A DNA stretch of 64,000 bases, taken from the NCBI GenBank assembly GCA_036394315.1, contig DASWFI010000007.1, positions 3,984 through 67,983 of the forward strand, read 5' to 3'. A program made the translations under genes and the position numbers. Shown here piece after piece: positions 30,654-40,822 of this stretch; position 1 is the first letter of the stretch, and each line of letters begins with the position of its first letter. This DNA is from Patescibacteria group bacterium (GTDB lineage: Bacteria > Patescibacteriota > Doudnabacteria > UBA920 > O2-02-FULL-48-8). The notes under the pieces are model-generated. The model was not told the DNA's origin. It worked only from the letters and a program-made list of their open reading frames with translations, and searched no databases.

Positions 30654-31587
30654 GGACGAATTAATTGAAAAGCTTTTGAAAAGCGTGTCGCGGACCCAAG
30701 TCCCCGCTTTTGACTTTGCCCGCGTCCGCAATCAAATTCTGGATCGAATATCAGTCCCGCAAATGGCCAAGTCCGGCGTGCTCGCCAGACTCAATGCCTT
30801 CGTTCCTTATTTGCGCATGGGCGGGGGTGTCTTGGCTTCCCTACTCATAGTCACAAGCTTAACATTGGCCACTTCTGTAGCAGCGCTGCAGAGTGCTCCA
30901 GGCTCAATGATTTATCCTTTGAAAAAAATTGTGGAGAACATCCAATTACGATTAGCTCCGGCAGACCAACGGACGAATCTCCAGCTGAAATTTGCCGACA
31001 ACCGCGCCGATGAATTACAGCAAGTTTTGGATCAAAATCAGCAAGGCAAAATTTCTAATCAAGAAGCAGAAACCATCGTGGCTAACACTGTTAAGGAATT
31101 ACAAAATACCACTGCCGCTGCGATTACTGCCAACAAAACCAAGCCGAAATCCAATTCTATAGTCAATAAACTGGCGAATATCAGTAACAAATTACTGGCT
31201 GCTTCCGTTCAAAGTGAAGGACAGCTCAAAATCGAATTGGAAAAGGCTTTCGAATCCACAAAAATCACACAGGAAGAAGCTATCAAAAACCTCGAACAAG
31301 CAGGCCTCAAGGTAGAAAACGCTCCTATAACTATAGATGACTTCGTCAAAGCCTCGGGCAAATTAACCGCGGTCACTACCGATTCTGTAAGCATTGGCAC
31401 AGCCAAATTCCTTTTAACCAAAGATACTAAATTCACGGGTTTGGAGGCTAAAGATTTGAAAGCGGGAGTATTAGTTGACATAAATGGTCAAATCAAAGAT
31501 AATAAATCGTACGCGGTCCAAATAACCAAACTCTCTGAAATCAAGACAGAAACCACTGCTCCTGCTACCACGACTGTAACTCAGTAA
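30643..31587 (+). CDS. Putative anti-sigma factor / membrane protein coupled to the ECF sigma
   Basis: Overlaps the sigma gene stop by 11 nt; a single TM at about aa 65-85 and a long extracytoplasmic region. Confidence 0.45.
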   Translation: METKDELIEKLLKSVSRTQVPAFDFARVRNQILDRISVPQMAKSGVLARLNAFVPYLRMGGGVLASLLIVTSLTLATSVAALQSAPGSMIYPLKKIVENIQLRLAPADQRTNLQLKFADNRADELQQVLDQNQQGKISNQEAETIVANTVKELQNTTAAAITANKTKPKSNSIVNKLANISNKLLAASVQSEGQLKIELEKAFESTKITQEEAIKNLEQAGLKVENAPITIDDFVKASGKLTAVTTDSVSIGTAKFLLTKDTKFTGLEAKDLKAGVLVDINGQIKDNKSYAVQITKLSEIKTETTAPATTTVTQ

Positions 31588-31791
31588 GCTTTATTACTTT
31601 TCTAATTATGGATTAAAACCATAATTATTTATCCGCGGAAGCTTTTAAAGCGAAAGCGGAATCTCAGCCGCTGAAATAAAACCCCAAAAGGGGGGCTGAA
31701 ACTCATATGAAGACGAGTCCACAGGTAAAACTGTGGGCTTTTCTTATCCTGAAAAAAAAGGTAAAATTAAGCAGTATCCCATTGGTACCAA

Positions 31792-31881
31792 GGTGGGGTC
31801 GCATAGTGGTTTAGTGCACCGGTCTTGAAAACCGGAGTCGGTTAACGCCGACCGAGAGTTCGAATCTCTCCCCCACCGCCA
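31792..31881 (+). tRNA. tRNA-Ser(UGA), type II, CCA encoded
   Basis: GGUGGGG...CCGGU-CUUGAAA-ACCGG...long variable arm...GAGAG-UUCGAAU-CUCUC-CCCCACC-G-CCA. Confidence 0.88.
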
Positions 31882-31893
31882 GAAAGACAAAAT

Positions 31894-32373
31894 ATGCAAA
31901 ATCAAAAAATACCTGAAACTTTAACATGGAAAGCGCCGAGTCATATTAAACACCAACGTTCTTCTGCTTGGTATTTAATATTCTCCCTGTGTGGATTAGC
32001 ACTTCTCGCATTCGCTTTTTATATTCGAAGCATAACTGCGGGTTTAACTTTTTTTCTAATTGTAGTTGTATTGCTCATAATCTCAACCCAGTCCAGCCGC
32101 GAAGTCACTTATAAGGTCACGAAAACCGGAATTGCAGCCGGAAACATGATCTATCCTTTTAAGATCATTAAAAGATTTTGGATTATCTACAACCCGCCGG
32201 AAGTGAAAACATTGCATTTCGAAACCACGGCTTACTTAAACAGTCAGGTCACGCTACAGCTGGGACCACAGGATCCAGTAGAGCTCAAATTAGTGCTTGG
32301 GGGCTACTTACCGGAAGATATAGAGATGGAAGAGTCTATTACCGAGAGCCTGGCCAGAAGGCTGAAGATTTGA
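31894..32373 (+). CDS. Hypothetical membrane protein between two tRNA genes
   Basis: 159 aa with two N-terminal TM helices. Confidence 0.45.
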   Translation: MQNQKIPETLTWKAPSHIKHQRSSAWYLIFSLCGLALLAFAFYIRSITAGLTFFLIVVVLLIISTQSSREVTYKVTKTGIAAGNMIYPFKIIKRFWIIYNPPEVKTLHFETTAYLNSQVTLQLGPQDPVELKLVLGGYLPEDIEMEESITESLARRLKI

Positions 32374-32394
32374 TAGTATTTACAAGTTAAACAA

Positions 32395-32469
32395 GCGCTC
32401 GTCGTTCAACGGATAGGACTCAAGCTTGCGGAGCTTGTAATCGAGGTTCGATTCCTCGCGAGCGCACCA
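32395..32469 (+). tRNA. tRNA-Arg (anticodon reads GCG), CCA encoded
   Basis: GCGCUCG...CAAGC-UUGCGGA-GCUUG...CGAGG-UUCGAUU-CCUCG-CGAGCGC-A-CCA; the acceptor stem is perfect. Confidence 0.85.
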
Positions 32470-32505
32470 GAAAAATGATATTATACTTTTAAGAGCGGCA
32501 TACAT

Positions 32506-34575
32506 TTGCTGTTTTTTTGTTATAATGAACCCATGTCATTTGACCTTTCCATCCCAATAGAACAACTTTACTTAGTAGGTCCTGCGCGGGCCAAGCTTTT
32601 GAAAAATCTTGGCATTGAAACGCTGAACGATCTGCTTTTTTATTTTCCTCGGGCCCACCACGACCTTTCGAAATTTACATCAATCATAGACCTGAAAGCC
32701 GGCGAAAACGCCAATATCAAGGGCCGAATTTTGGAAGTCAAAAGCTTTCGAACCAAAGTCCGCCGATTCAGCCTGACACAAGCATTGGTGGAAGATGGGA
32801 CGGGAAGCATTATTTGCGTTTGGTTCAATCAGCCTTTTTTGGCCAAAGTTATAAAACCGCATGAAGAATTCGTTTTCTCCGGCAAAGTAACAATTGCCAA
32901 AAATAAACTACAATTGCAAAATCCAGTTTACGAACCAGTGCGAGCCGAACAAATTCATACCTCGCGATTAGTCCCGCTCTACTCCCTCACTGCCAGCCTG
33001 ACTCAAAAACAACTTCGTTATATTATTAAAACTTACCTGGACAAGGTTATTCTGCCGGAATATTTACCAGCTGATATTTTGCGCAAGGAAAAACTGTTTA
33101 GTCAGGATAACGCAGTCAAGACTTTTCATTTCCCCCAAGATTATGCTTCGCTGAAACTTGCGCAAAGCAGACTGGCTTTTGACGAAATTTTTCAAACACA
33201 ACTGCGCGTCATGCGCTATAAAAAACAACGCGAATATCGCTCAAGCGTGAAAATTGATACCAGCATCGACCTCTCCCAAAAAATCAAACAACTCCCTTTC
33301 GAGCTGACCGATGGACAAAAAGTCGCTTTGAGTGAAATCATTTCAGATTTCAAAAAACCTTTTCCTGCCAACCGTTTGCTCGAAGGCGACGTGGGCAGCG
33401 GCAAAACGATCATTGCGGCTCTGGCTATGTGGCTTGTGGCTCAAAACAACCTCCAAACAGCTCTGCTTTCGCCTACCGAGGTTTTGGCCACCCAGCACTA
33501 CAACAATCTGGTTAATTTTTTCTCAGCGGATAATATCGACGTTGCCCTGCTAACTTCCACCCAATCAAAACTAAATGGTAATCCGGTTTCCAAGGCTACA
33601 GTGTTGGCACAGATCAAATCAGGACAAGTAAAAATTGCCATCGGCACTCATGCTTTGCTGGAAAAACAGGTAGATTTTAAAAATTTAAGCTTGATAATTA
33701 TTGATGAGCAGCATCGATTTGGAGTGGAGCAACGATCAGCATTAAAGCAAAACAGCAATGCTCATTTGTTGACTATGAGCGCCACTCCTATCCCCCGCAC
33801 CTTGGCATTAACCCTGTACGGGGATCTGGACTTATCCATATTGAAAGAGTCGCCCGCAGGACGGCAAAAAATCGTTACCAGGATCGTTTCCGAAGAAAAT
33901 CGAGCGAAGGCTTATGAATTTATCGCCCAACAGATCCAATTAGGCCGCCAAGTATTCGTTATTTGTCCGTTAGTCGAAGAGTCAGATAAACTTGGAGTAA
34001 AATCCGCCACAGCTGAGTACAAAAAACTTTCTACAGAAATTTTCCCGCAATTCAAAGTCGGGTTACTACATGGACGGCTAAAACCTGCGCAAAAAGAAAA
34101 AGTCATGGCAGAATTTAAAGACAATCAACTGCAGATTTTAGTTTCAACTTCCGTCATCGAGGTTGGAGTCGATGTGCCTAATGCCACGGTCATGATGATC
34201 GAAGGCGCAGAACGATTTGGTTTGGCTCAGTTACATCAATTCCGCGGTCGCGTTGGCCGCGGCGAACACAAATCTTATTGTTTTCTTTTTTCCGACGATC
34301 CGCAGTCTCTGACCAATCCCCGACTTCAGGCGATCACAGAAAGCATCAATGGCTTTGAACTGGCGGAAAAAGATTTGGAAATTCGAGGTGCTGGCGATTT
34401 ATACGGCACCCAGCAAAGCGGTTATAACTTCAAAGTTGCCACTTTAAACAATTTGGATTTGGTTCAGCGATCACGGGACTATGCTGAAGCTTTACTTGAC
34501 TCTGATATGGAATTAAAAAAATATCCCCTCCTGAAACAAAAAATCGAAGCCCAACCAATGGTGCATCTGGAGTAA
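32506..34575 (+). CDS. recG: ATP-dependent DNA helicase RecG
   Basis: Wedge/OB N-terminus; helicase motifs I (GDVGSGKT), II (DEQH) and VI (QLHQFRGRVGRG). Confidence 0.9.
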   Translation: MLFFCYNEPMSFDLSIPIEQLYLVGPARAKLLKNLGIETLNDLLFYFPRAHHDLSKFTSIIDLKAGENANIKGRILEVKSFRTKVRRFSLTQALVEDGTGSIICVWFNQPFLAKVIKPHEEFVFSGKVTIAKNKLQLQNPVYEPVRAEQIHTSRLVPLYSLTASLTQKQLRYIIKTYLDKVILPEYLPADILRKEKLFSQDNAVKTFHFPQDYASLKLAQSRLAFDEIFQTQLRVMRYKKQREYRSSVKIDTSIDLSQKIKQLPFELTDGQKVALSEIISDFKKPFPANRLLEGDVGSGKTIIAALAMWLVAQNNLQTALLSPTEVLATQHYNNLVNFFSADNIDVALLTSTQSKLNGNPVSKATVLAQIKSGQVKIAIGTHALLEKQVDFKNLSLIIIDEQHRFGVEQRSALKQNSNAHLLTMSATPIPRTLALTLYGDLDLSILKESPAGRQKIVTRIVSEENRAKAYEFIAQQIQLGRQVFVICPLVEESDKLGVKSATAEYKKLSTEIFPQFKVGLLHGRLKPAQKEKVMAEFKDNQLQILVSTSVIEVGVDVPNATVMMIEGAERFGLAQLHQFRGRVGRGEHKSYCFLFSDDPQSLTNPRLQAITESINGFELAEKDLEIRGAGDLYGTQQSGYNFKVATLNNLDLVQRSRDYAEALLDSDMELKKYPLLKQKIEAQPMVHLE

Positions 34576-34665
34576 TGGATCGCCCTGCTTGACTTGCGTA
34601 TTTTTATAGCGTAAAATTATCCTATTGTTCGTTATATGGTCACCATATCTGACAGGAGGTCACTT

Positions 34666-34863
34666 ATGCCCCAGCCGGAACTCAGCCGCAAGCAGCGCAA
34701 GCAACTGGCCAACTTCAAGAGCGAGATGGCTCACCAGGGCGTGCACAACCGTGTGCAGTTCGATGCCTTCGTTAAGAAGATGAAGCCGGAGGAATACACG
34801 CGCATTGCGGGGCTGATTCCACACGCATTCCCATCTCCGCAATCGGCGGCTCGCGCATCGTAA
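34666..34863 (+). CDS. Small hypothetical protein on a GC-rich (~55%) islet with a perfect AGGAGG SD
   Basis: ATG at 34666 lies 8 nt after AGGAGG. The islet's GC is far above the window background. Confidence 0.45.
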   Translation: MPQPELSRKQRKQLANFKSEMAHQGVHNRVQFDAFVKKMKPEEYTRIAGLIPHAFPSPQSAARAS

Positions 34864-34947
34864 GATCAACGTCGGAGGAGTCGTGGACATTCGCCCACCC
34901 TGACTAACACTACTGTAACCCACTCCAACATCAATTCCGACCACAGT

Positions 34948-35241
34948 ATGGAGACAGTAGTGGATACATTCGAACTTCGTCCTTCCGTCAAAGCGGTCGT
35001 TCAGAACGACCTTCTCTCCCAGAACCTCAAACAAGGAACAGAGGTGACGCTCGGTCGAGCCAGTCTCAGCGGCGCGCTTGCGAAAATCGAAGGCAGCAAC
35101 AAGTACGACGTGATTGCTGAATTCGATGCCGAAGCCGTCGAGGAAATAAAGAAGCAGGCAAAGGAAGCGCGCAAGATGGCCGCTATGTACTGCAGCGAGC
35201 CTGTGGTCCGTCGTCGTCCGAACATGCAACGCGTCTGGTAG
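34948..35241 (+). CDS. Small hypothetical protein on the same GC-rich islet
   Basis: 97 aa, protein-like composition; the antisense ORF 34660-35229 looks like low-complexity noise. Confidence 0.4.
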   Translation: METVVDTFELRPSVKAVVQNDLLSQNLKQGTEVTLGRASLSGALAKIEGSNKYDVIAEFDAEAVEEIKKQAKEARKMAAMYCSEPVVRRRPNMQRVW

Positions 35242-35534
35242 TCTACGCCGACCTTTAAAAGCCTGAGAGACAGATCCGGGGAAGGAACTGTCATTCTGCC
35301 TTTTAGACTTTTAACGGTGTTGCTCTAGGGTGAGAGAACGACCTTGCCTACCGGATCCAGACAGTTCCGGTAAGGAATCGACTCAGTACCCGCGGGGCAG
35401 CCTGGGTGCTCTTTCCCAGAGAGTCACCCAGCATTTTCACGCCAGTGGATCGCATCGATCCCTGGCTCTTTTTTTTGAGAATTATTTAGTAGTTACAGCA
35501 ATTCCGCCCTTTTGTCTGCACAATGGTGGCAAAA

Positions 35535-36548
35535 TCATTTACTAATCATGTATAACTTATTGTCTCGGCTGTCGGTGTAATAAATCGTATTACCGATAAG
35601 CATTACATTTTTTGATTGCACTTCGGAAGTTGGTTCAAAATAACTTTCAGATTTACCATTGCTCAAATTCAATTTTATGAACGTATCTCCGGATTTATCA
35701 GACTTGGGCACGGCGGCATAAAAAATTTTTCCAGATGCATCGGCCGTGATTTTATCTAGAGCCGTGTTTAAATTCAAATCAATAGCCAACTTATTTAAAA
35801 CATCAAATAAATAGATCTTGGAATTTTGAGCGTACAGAAACATATTCCCTACGGGAAGCCATAATACGCCGGTGTTCTTCCCAGTGTCTACCAAGGTGCT
35901 CATGGCACCGGAGTCCAGATTGGTCGCGTAAATTTTATTGGTATCACCCTCAATTTTGGAGCGATACATTAAGATAGTTTTACCGTCGGGCGAAGCTTTT
36001 AGGATCAAATCCGGCCAGAATAATGGTGCGATAATTTTGTATCCGGAGCCGTCAGCATTGGCCCTCACCAGCTGTTGAGATTTTTTGTCCGAGGCTTGCC
36101 AGACGTAAACCACCCGTTTGCCATCAGGGAGCCACTCTATCCACTGCACATTGTCCGCTAAGTTGATAAAAAACTTGTTGGCACTGTCGAAATAATCTTT
36201 ATAAAATTTATTGCCATCAACGGCAAAAGATATGAAATCGGATCCTTGCTTGGGCCAAATAACACTCCGTAGCTTGCCATTCGGCAATGGTGGCAGTGGA
36301 AATTCTGAAATATTAGTGCCGTCGGTATTGACCTTAAACAGACGCCCATCAGCATTAAAATACCAAATGGAGTTATTATCAAAAGCCCCGACTGGAGAAA
36401 TTACGGCTTCATCCAAAATTTTCTTTATGGAAGGAGGGCTCTGGGTATAAGTATTTGTTTTCTGTGACTGTTTTTTCGCATAAAATAAAACCCCGCCGAT
36501 TATCAGCAATATTATCACCCCTATGATTATAAGATTTCGTTTATTCAT
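35535..36548 (-). CDS. Membrane-anchored beta-rich hypothetical protein (possible beta-propeller), last gene of the T4SS-like operon
   Basis: N-terminal TM (IIGVIILLIIGGVLFY) followed by repetitive beta-strand-like segments. Confidence 0.45.
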   Translation of the reverse strand: MNKRNLIIIGVIILLIIGGVLFYAKKQSQKTNTYTQSPPSIKKILDEAVISPVGAFDNNSIWYFNADGRLFKVNTDGTNISEFPLPPLPNGKLRSVIWPKQGSDFISFAVDGNKFYKDYFDSANKFFINLADNVQWIEWLPDGKRVVYVWQASDKKSQQLVRANADGSGYKIIAPLFWPDLILKASPDGKTILMYRSKIEGDTNKIYATNLDSGAMSTLVDTGKNTGVLWLPVGNMFLYAQNSKIYLFDVLNKLAIDLNLNTALDKITADASGKIFYAAVPKSDKSGDTFIKLNLSNGKSESYFEPTSEVQSKNVMLIGNTIYYTDSRDNKLYMISK

Positions 36549-36551
36549 ATT

Positions 36552-37844
36552 TTAATAAGGCATATAATATTCACTGGGATTTGTAAACGCTTGAAGTTCT
36601 CCTTGTCTGCCTACACAATTCGGATCACTGGATAATCCCATATGCACATGGGCTCCGCTGGCTCGATCTGACGGCCGCCTGTATTCATCCTGGATGTATC
36701 CAAAGCCAGCTGAGCGTCCAAGAGATACCAGGGCGTCAATCCGAGCTGCATCGGCGGGCGAAGGATTTCTAGGGTCACCCACCGGAGGAATAAGCACAAA
36801 GTCGGTTGCCTCTCCTAGCATATGACAGCTATAAGCATAATTATGCGGGGCAGCGCAGTTTGGCTGCCGTAGGGCACTGGTGACCACAAAATTAATACCA
36901 GCACTGCTCTTGTTTGCAAAAACCTTATTTACTAAATCCAATTGCGCTTGTTTTACTCTTGGAAAATCACAGATCGATACTCCAAAATTATAGGAACTAA
37001 TATATGCTTGAGGGATATCAGCTAATAAACTATAACCTCCTGATGTTCCTCCGCCCCCGCTCCTGCTGGGGACTTGGGTATCAGCCGCTGAACAAAAATC
37101 TCCCCGGATCGCTGTTATAGTCGTACCAATATTAAAAGGTAAGAAATGAGCAGCTATTGCGGCTTTACCACTAGCATCGCCACAAGCAGCCCAATACCCT
37201 GAATAAATTATAACAATGAACACCAGGGGGATGATTGCGACTATAAGATTTGCAAAAAGCAAAGCTATCTGCTGGAACAGGTTCATCCGGCCAAAGATCT
37301 TGGAGCCAAATTTGGACATTATCCAATGAAAATCCAGATAGAGAAGAGCTATGGCCGCAGGGATTAACGAAACAATAGTTGGCGAAAGGATAATATCGAG
37401 TGTTAAAAAGCCAAAAGCGAACCAAAGAATAAAAGTGCTCCACGCACTTTTTGCAACTCCGCCTACGCCTTCTCCACGTAATGCCCCGGCCACAGCACCA
37501 GCAAGAGCCGCTTCTGACCCTGCTCCAAGGCTTGCTGCCTTTTCGGCGAACTTACCAGCGCTCTGACCAGCAGCTGCCTGCTTCGCAGCTCTGACTTTAG
37601 CAGAATTTATAGCATACCCAGCAAATTTTTTACCATACTTATCAGCTGCATCGGTATTAGCCAGTCCGCCACTACCTGCGAGATTGCCTCCTTCATTTAA
37701 TAAACCTGCAAATTCTTCATTACCAGATTTCTTAGCAAAATTTTCACCTAATCTAGCAGCTTTTTGGAGTCTTTGTCTTCTTTGCTGCTGCTTTAAACTG
37801 GCGAGTTCCTCTGCATTTTCCAGTTCCTCATCCAATGTTGGCAT
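36552..37844 (-). CDS. Membrane protein with a C-terminal peptidase M15 (VanY/D-Ala-D-Ala carboxypeptidase-like) cell-wall hydrolase domain
   Basis: Ala/Gly-rich N-terminus, about 4 TM helices, and a C-terminal H-x6-D (SCHMLGEATDF) plus HVHMG zinc-ligand pattern of M15 peptidases. Confidence 0.6.
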   Translation of the reverse strand: MPTLDEELENAEELASLKQQQRRQRLQKAARLGENFAKKSGNEEFAGLLNEGGNLAGSGGLANTDAADKYGKKFAGYAINSAKVRAAKQAAAGQSAGKFAEKAASLGAGSEAALAGAVAGALRGEGVGGVAKSAWSTFILWFAFGFLTLDIILSPTIVSLIPAAIALLYLDFHWIMSKFGSKIFGRMNLFQQIALLFANLIVAIIPLVFIVIIYSGYWAACGDASGKAAIAAHFLPFNIGTTITAIRGDFCSAADTQVPSRSGGGGTSGGYSLLADIPQAYISSYNFGVSICDFPRVKQAQLDLVNKVFANKSSAGINFVVTSALRQPNCAAPHNYAYSCHMLGEATDFVLIPPVGDPRNPSPADAARIDALVSLGRSAGFGYIQDEYRRPSDRASGAHVHMGLSSDPNCVGRQGELQAFTNPSEYYMPY

Positions 37845-37846
37845 AA

Positions 37847-39676
37847 CTATTCGTTGTTATTACGTTGCGCCTGCAGTTGTTTTTTTGCTTCCTCGATTTC
37901 CAGAGCGCGTTTGGGGTCAGTGGTAATAATCTGATCTTCCATATATGAAGCTATAATCTTGATCGCGACATGCTTGAGTCCAGCGAAGAAAATTCCTTCA
38001 CCCACATCAGATTCCAGGAGCAGATACTTCTCCCCTTCGGTGAGGTGGAAGGTTTCGGTGATTAGATCAATCGAAGTTGGCGACTGCTTGAGCAACATTT
38101 GAATCGAAGAATTATTTACGATCGGCGCCCCGTACGGCGATTTCAAAAAATCACCGACATCCTGAGTAATTGTAGTTACCCCCAGATAATATTTTCTCGC
38201 ACGTTTGGCGATATTCGATAAGAATAAAGCTGAGTCGTCGCGCTGCATCATCCACCAAGCTTCATCGATCACTAAAATCCGCTTCTTCAGAGACGAGCGT
38301 ACCACGTTCCAGATGTAACTCAGCGTAACATAGATCGCAATCGGCCTCAGCTGATCTTCCAAATCCCGCACTGAAAATACCACCAACTGGTTATTTAAAT
38401 TAATATTGGTCCGCTGATTAAAAATCCCTGAGAAAGTTCCTTGAGTGTATTTGGTCAGGCGCTGCGCCAGACTCTCGCCACCCACCATCCCTCCTAAAAT
38501 TTCCACCAAATCCTGCATGATTGGCGGTTCGACATTGCTTAAATTGGAATTCGCGGTAATATCTTTTTTAGCGTAAGTTTCCCAGAGTGCCCGATCCATT
38601 ATGGATTCTTCAGTGGGATCCAGCTTACCTAACATCAAATTCATAAGTCCCAAAAGACTGACCACGGCAGCGCGTAAAATATCTTCGTTGGACTCCCCTT
38701 CGATCGCACGTGGCAGATCAAACGGATTGACCCTTGAATCGGAATTCAGCGAGATATTCAGAAAAGTCCCGCCTACAGCGTTGGAGAGATGCTGGTATTC
38801 GTTTTCCGGATCTATAACGATGACATCCGTGCCCAACATAAGAGAACGCAAAATTTCAAGCTTGACCGCATAACTTTTGCCGCTGCCCGATTTGGCAAAC
38901 ACCACGGAGTTGGCATTTTCCATCTGAAACCGGTCAAACAATATCAACCCATTATTGTGGCGGTTGATTCCATAGAGTATGCCGTCGTTGGAAGTAAGCT
39001 CTGAGGAAACAAAAGGAAAAGTCGTGGACAGAGGTTCCGTATTCATATTCGTGGCAATAGCCAGTTCGTCGTTCCCCAAAGGCAATGTGGAATTAAAACC
39101 TTGCTCCATCTGCAGTATGGCAGGCTTGGCCATGATCAGCTTGGAACCCAAAATTGATTCCAAAGTAGCTGAGGTCTGATCCAGTTCTTTTTGTTCGTTG
39201 GCGTAGATCGTGAAATACACTGAAAATCGGAAATATCTTTCAGTGCCCTGCTGCAATCTGTCCCGCAGGCCCTCGATATCCTGCAGGGCGGTCTCCATCA
39301 TCGGATCGCGGACGTTTCCTTTTTCCTGGCCCATGCGCATGGAAGATTCGACTTGTCCGACTTTATTTCGCAGTTTTTTCATTATCTCCTCAGTATCCAT
39401 TGGGTATATAAACATCGACATGTCCATGGGTACATCGAGACTAATGATCGGAGCCAGCCAGTCCACGGAAATAAACCGCGGATAAGAAAGGACGAAAAAT
39501 GTCCGGGCCAGTTTACCCGAAACTTCCACGGAATTTTGAGTAACGCGAAAAGCTGAAGGCGCGATCAAATCACGCAGAGTGTTCAATCCTTTTTTGTACT
39601 CACGCTCTTTTTCTACCAGCTGCCTTTGCAGCTCGCGTTGAGGATCCAATTGTTGATTTACCTTAAATAATGCCAT
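37847..39676 (-). CDS. VirB4/TrbE/TraC-family type IV secretion ATPase
   Basis: Walker A VVFAKSGSGKSY and Walker B RILVIDEAWWMM; size and motif spacing fit the VirB4 C-terminal ATPase domain. Confidence 0.8.
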   Translation of the reverse strand: MALFKVNQQLDPQRELQRQLVEKEREYKKGLNTLRDLIAPSAFRVTQNSVEVSGKLARTFFVLSYPRFISVDWLAPIISLDVPMDMSMFIYPMDTEEIMKKLRNKVGQVESSMRMGQEKGNVRDPMMETALQDIEGLRDRLQQGTERYFRFSVYFTIYANEQKELDQTSATLESILGSKLIMAKPAILQMEQGFNSTLPLGNDELAIATNMNTEPLSTTFPFVSSELTSNDGILYGINRHNNGLILFDRFQMENANSVVFAKSGSGKSYAVKLEILRSLMLGTDVIVIDPENEYQHLSNAVGGTFLNISLNSDSRVNPFDLPRAIEGESNEDILRAAVVSLLGLMNLMLGKLDPTEESIMDRALWETYAKKDITANSNLSNVEPPIMQDLVEILGGMVGGESLAQRLTKYTQGTFSGIFNQRTNINLNNQLVVFSVRDLEDQLRPIAIYVTLSYIWNVVRSSLKKRILVIDEAWWMMQRDDSALFLSNIAKRARKYYLGVTTITQDVGDFLKSPYGAPIVNNSSIQMLLKQSPTSIDLITETFHLTEGEKYLLLESDVGEGIFFAGLKHVAIKIIASYMEDQIITTDPKRALEIEEAKKQLQAQRNNNE

Positions 39677-39683
39677 AGCAATA

Positions 39684-40379
39684 TTATTCTCTAGCTATAT
39701 CGAGCTCGTCTATACTTTTAATTTTTATCGGAGATGCTGTATCCAGGTTGTAGCTGTTGTAAACTAGTTCTATCAATTCTTCGGTGTTAAGCGCGATAGT
39801 TTTTAATCCCATTTGAGCCAAGCCGGTGGTTACTTGATTGACTCTCTTAAGTAATTCTTCGCGCGCTTTTTCGAAATCCCGGTTTTTGATAGATATTTCC
39901 TTAGCGGGATTAAACAAATTGGTAAACTTTTCAAAAAATCCTTTTTTAACAGCGCCCGTGCCTAGAGGAATAATAACGTAAAAAGTTTTATTCATAATAC
40001 TGGCAAACTCAATCAGCTTCTCTATGTACTCGACATATTCCTGGGTCTGCATCCGGAGCAGTTCATTTGTCTGCTGCTGCATCACTCCCCGCAATTTATC
40101 CAAATAAGAATTAATATCTAGCTTCCTTGATTGCATTAAAATCTGAATGGAAAATTCCAGAGCATTCAGAAAATTTTGATAAGATCCGATGAGAGCATTT
40201 TGCTCCTCCGCGCTTTTAAGAGAAAAGTTGGTAGATGATACTGCCAACACCGCACGCAACGAACCATCTCGCAGGACCATCGTGGCTTCTTTGATCTCTT
40301 GAATATCCAAATACGCCTGCGTGGACGCAGTGGGTTTGTTGCCAGACATGGAGTTAGATTGCATTTCTTGCTTTGCCAT
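39684..40379 (-). CDS. Hypothetical protein immediately upstream of VirB4 (possibly a separately encoded VirB4 N-terminal domain)
   Basis: 231 aa soluble protein, 8 nt from the VirB4 start. VirB4 here is about 200 aa shorter than typical. Confidence 0.4.
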   Translation of the reverse strand: MAKQEMQSNSMSGNKPTASTQAYLDIQEIKEATMVLRDGSLRAVLAVSSTNFSLKSAEEQNALIGSYQNFLNALEFSIQILMQSRKLDINSYLDKLRGVMQQQTNELLRMQTQEYVEYIEKLIEFASIMNKTFYVIIPLGTGAVKKGFFEKFTNLFNPAKEISIKNRDFEKAREELLKRVNQVTTGLAQMGLKTIALNTEELIELVYNSYNLDTASPIKIKSIDELDIARE

Positions 40380-40822
40380 TATGATTTTTGTTCTAACAGC
40401 TTTTTTTCCTCTTCCGTTTTCTGGTCCAGGAGATAAGCCAGTTTTTTCAAACGGCTTTCGTTCGGTTCATCTAATTTATTCTTGGCCAAAACTATAGTTT
40501 CTGCTTTTTTTTCTGTCTTAAAAGACATGTTCACGCTGACATCCTCCCGCTTAAAAATCCTCACTTGGGGTCTTGATGTAAAAGCCACAAACACTCCAAT
40601 ATAACTGAAGAGTGGTCGGCCGTTAAATTTACCAAACGTAAGTCCTAACCCTAATAAGGAAGTAGGGATTGCAAAAAAGTAAAAGAAGATGGACAGCTTA
40701 AGCAGGGAGTAAAAAAACATGACTATGCCGCCGGTTGCTAGAATAATCAAAAACTGCTTTAAAGTCAGAGGGCCAATCAGTTTATCTTCGACTTCTGTGA
40801 ATTGTGGTACAGCGTATTGCAT
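40379..40822 (-). CDS. Small 2-TM membrane protein (VirB3/PrgI-like position and topology)
   Basis: 147 aa with two adjacent hydrophobic helices; translationally coupled to its neighbour. Confidence 0.45.
   Translation of the reverse strand: MQYAVPQFTEVEDKLIGPLTLKQFLIILATGGIVMFFYSLLKLSIFFYFFAIPTSLLGLGLTFGKFNGRPLFSYIGVFVAFTSRPQVRIFKREDVSVNMSFKTEKKAETIVLAKNKLDEPNESRLKKLAYLLDQKTEEEKKLLEQKS

Noticed and set aside
34660-35229. A 189 aa minus-strand ORF across the GC-rich islet.
   Set aside because: It spans both plus-strand small ORFs. Its Arg/Leu/His-rich composition is typical of an antisense frame in GC-rich DNA, whereas the plus-strand ORFs have an SD and protein-like composition.
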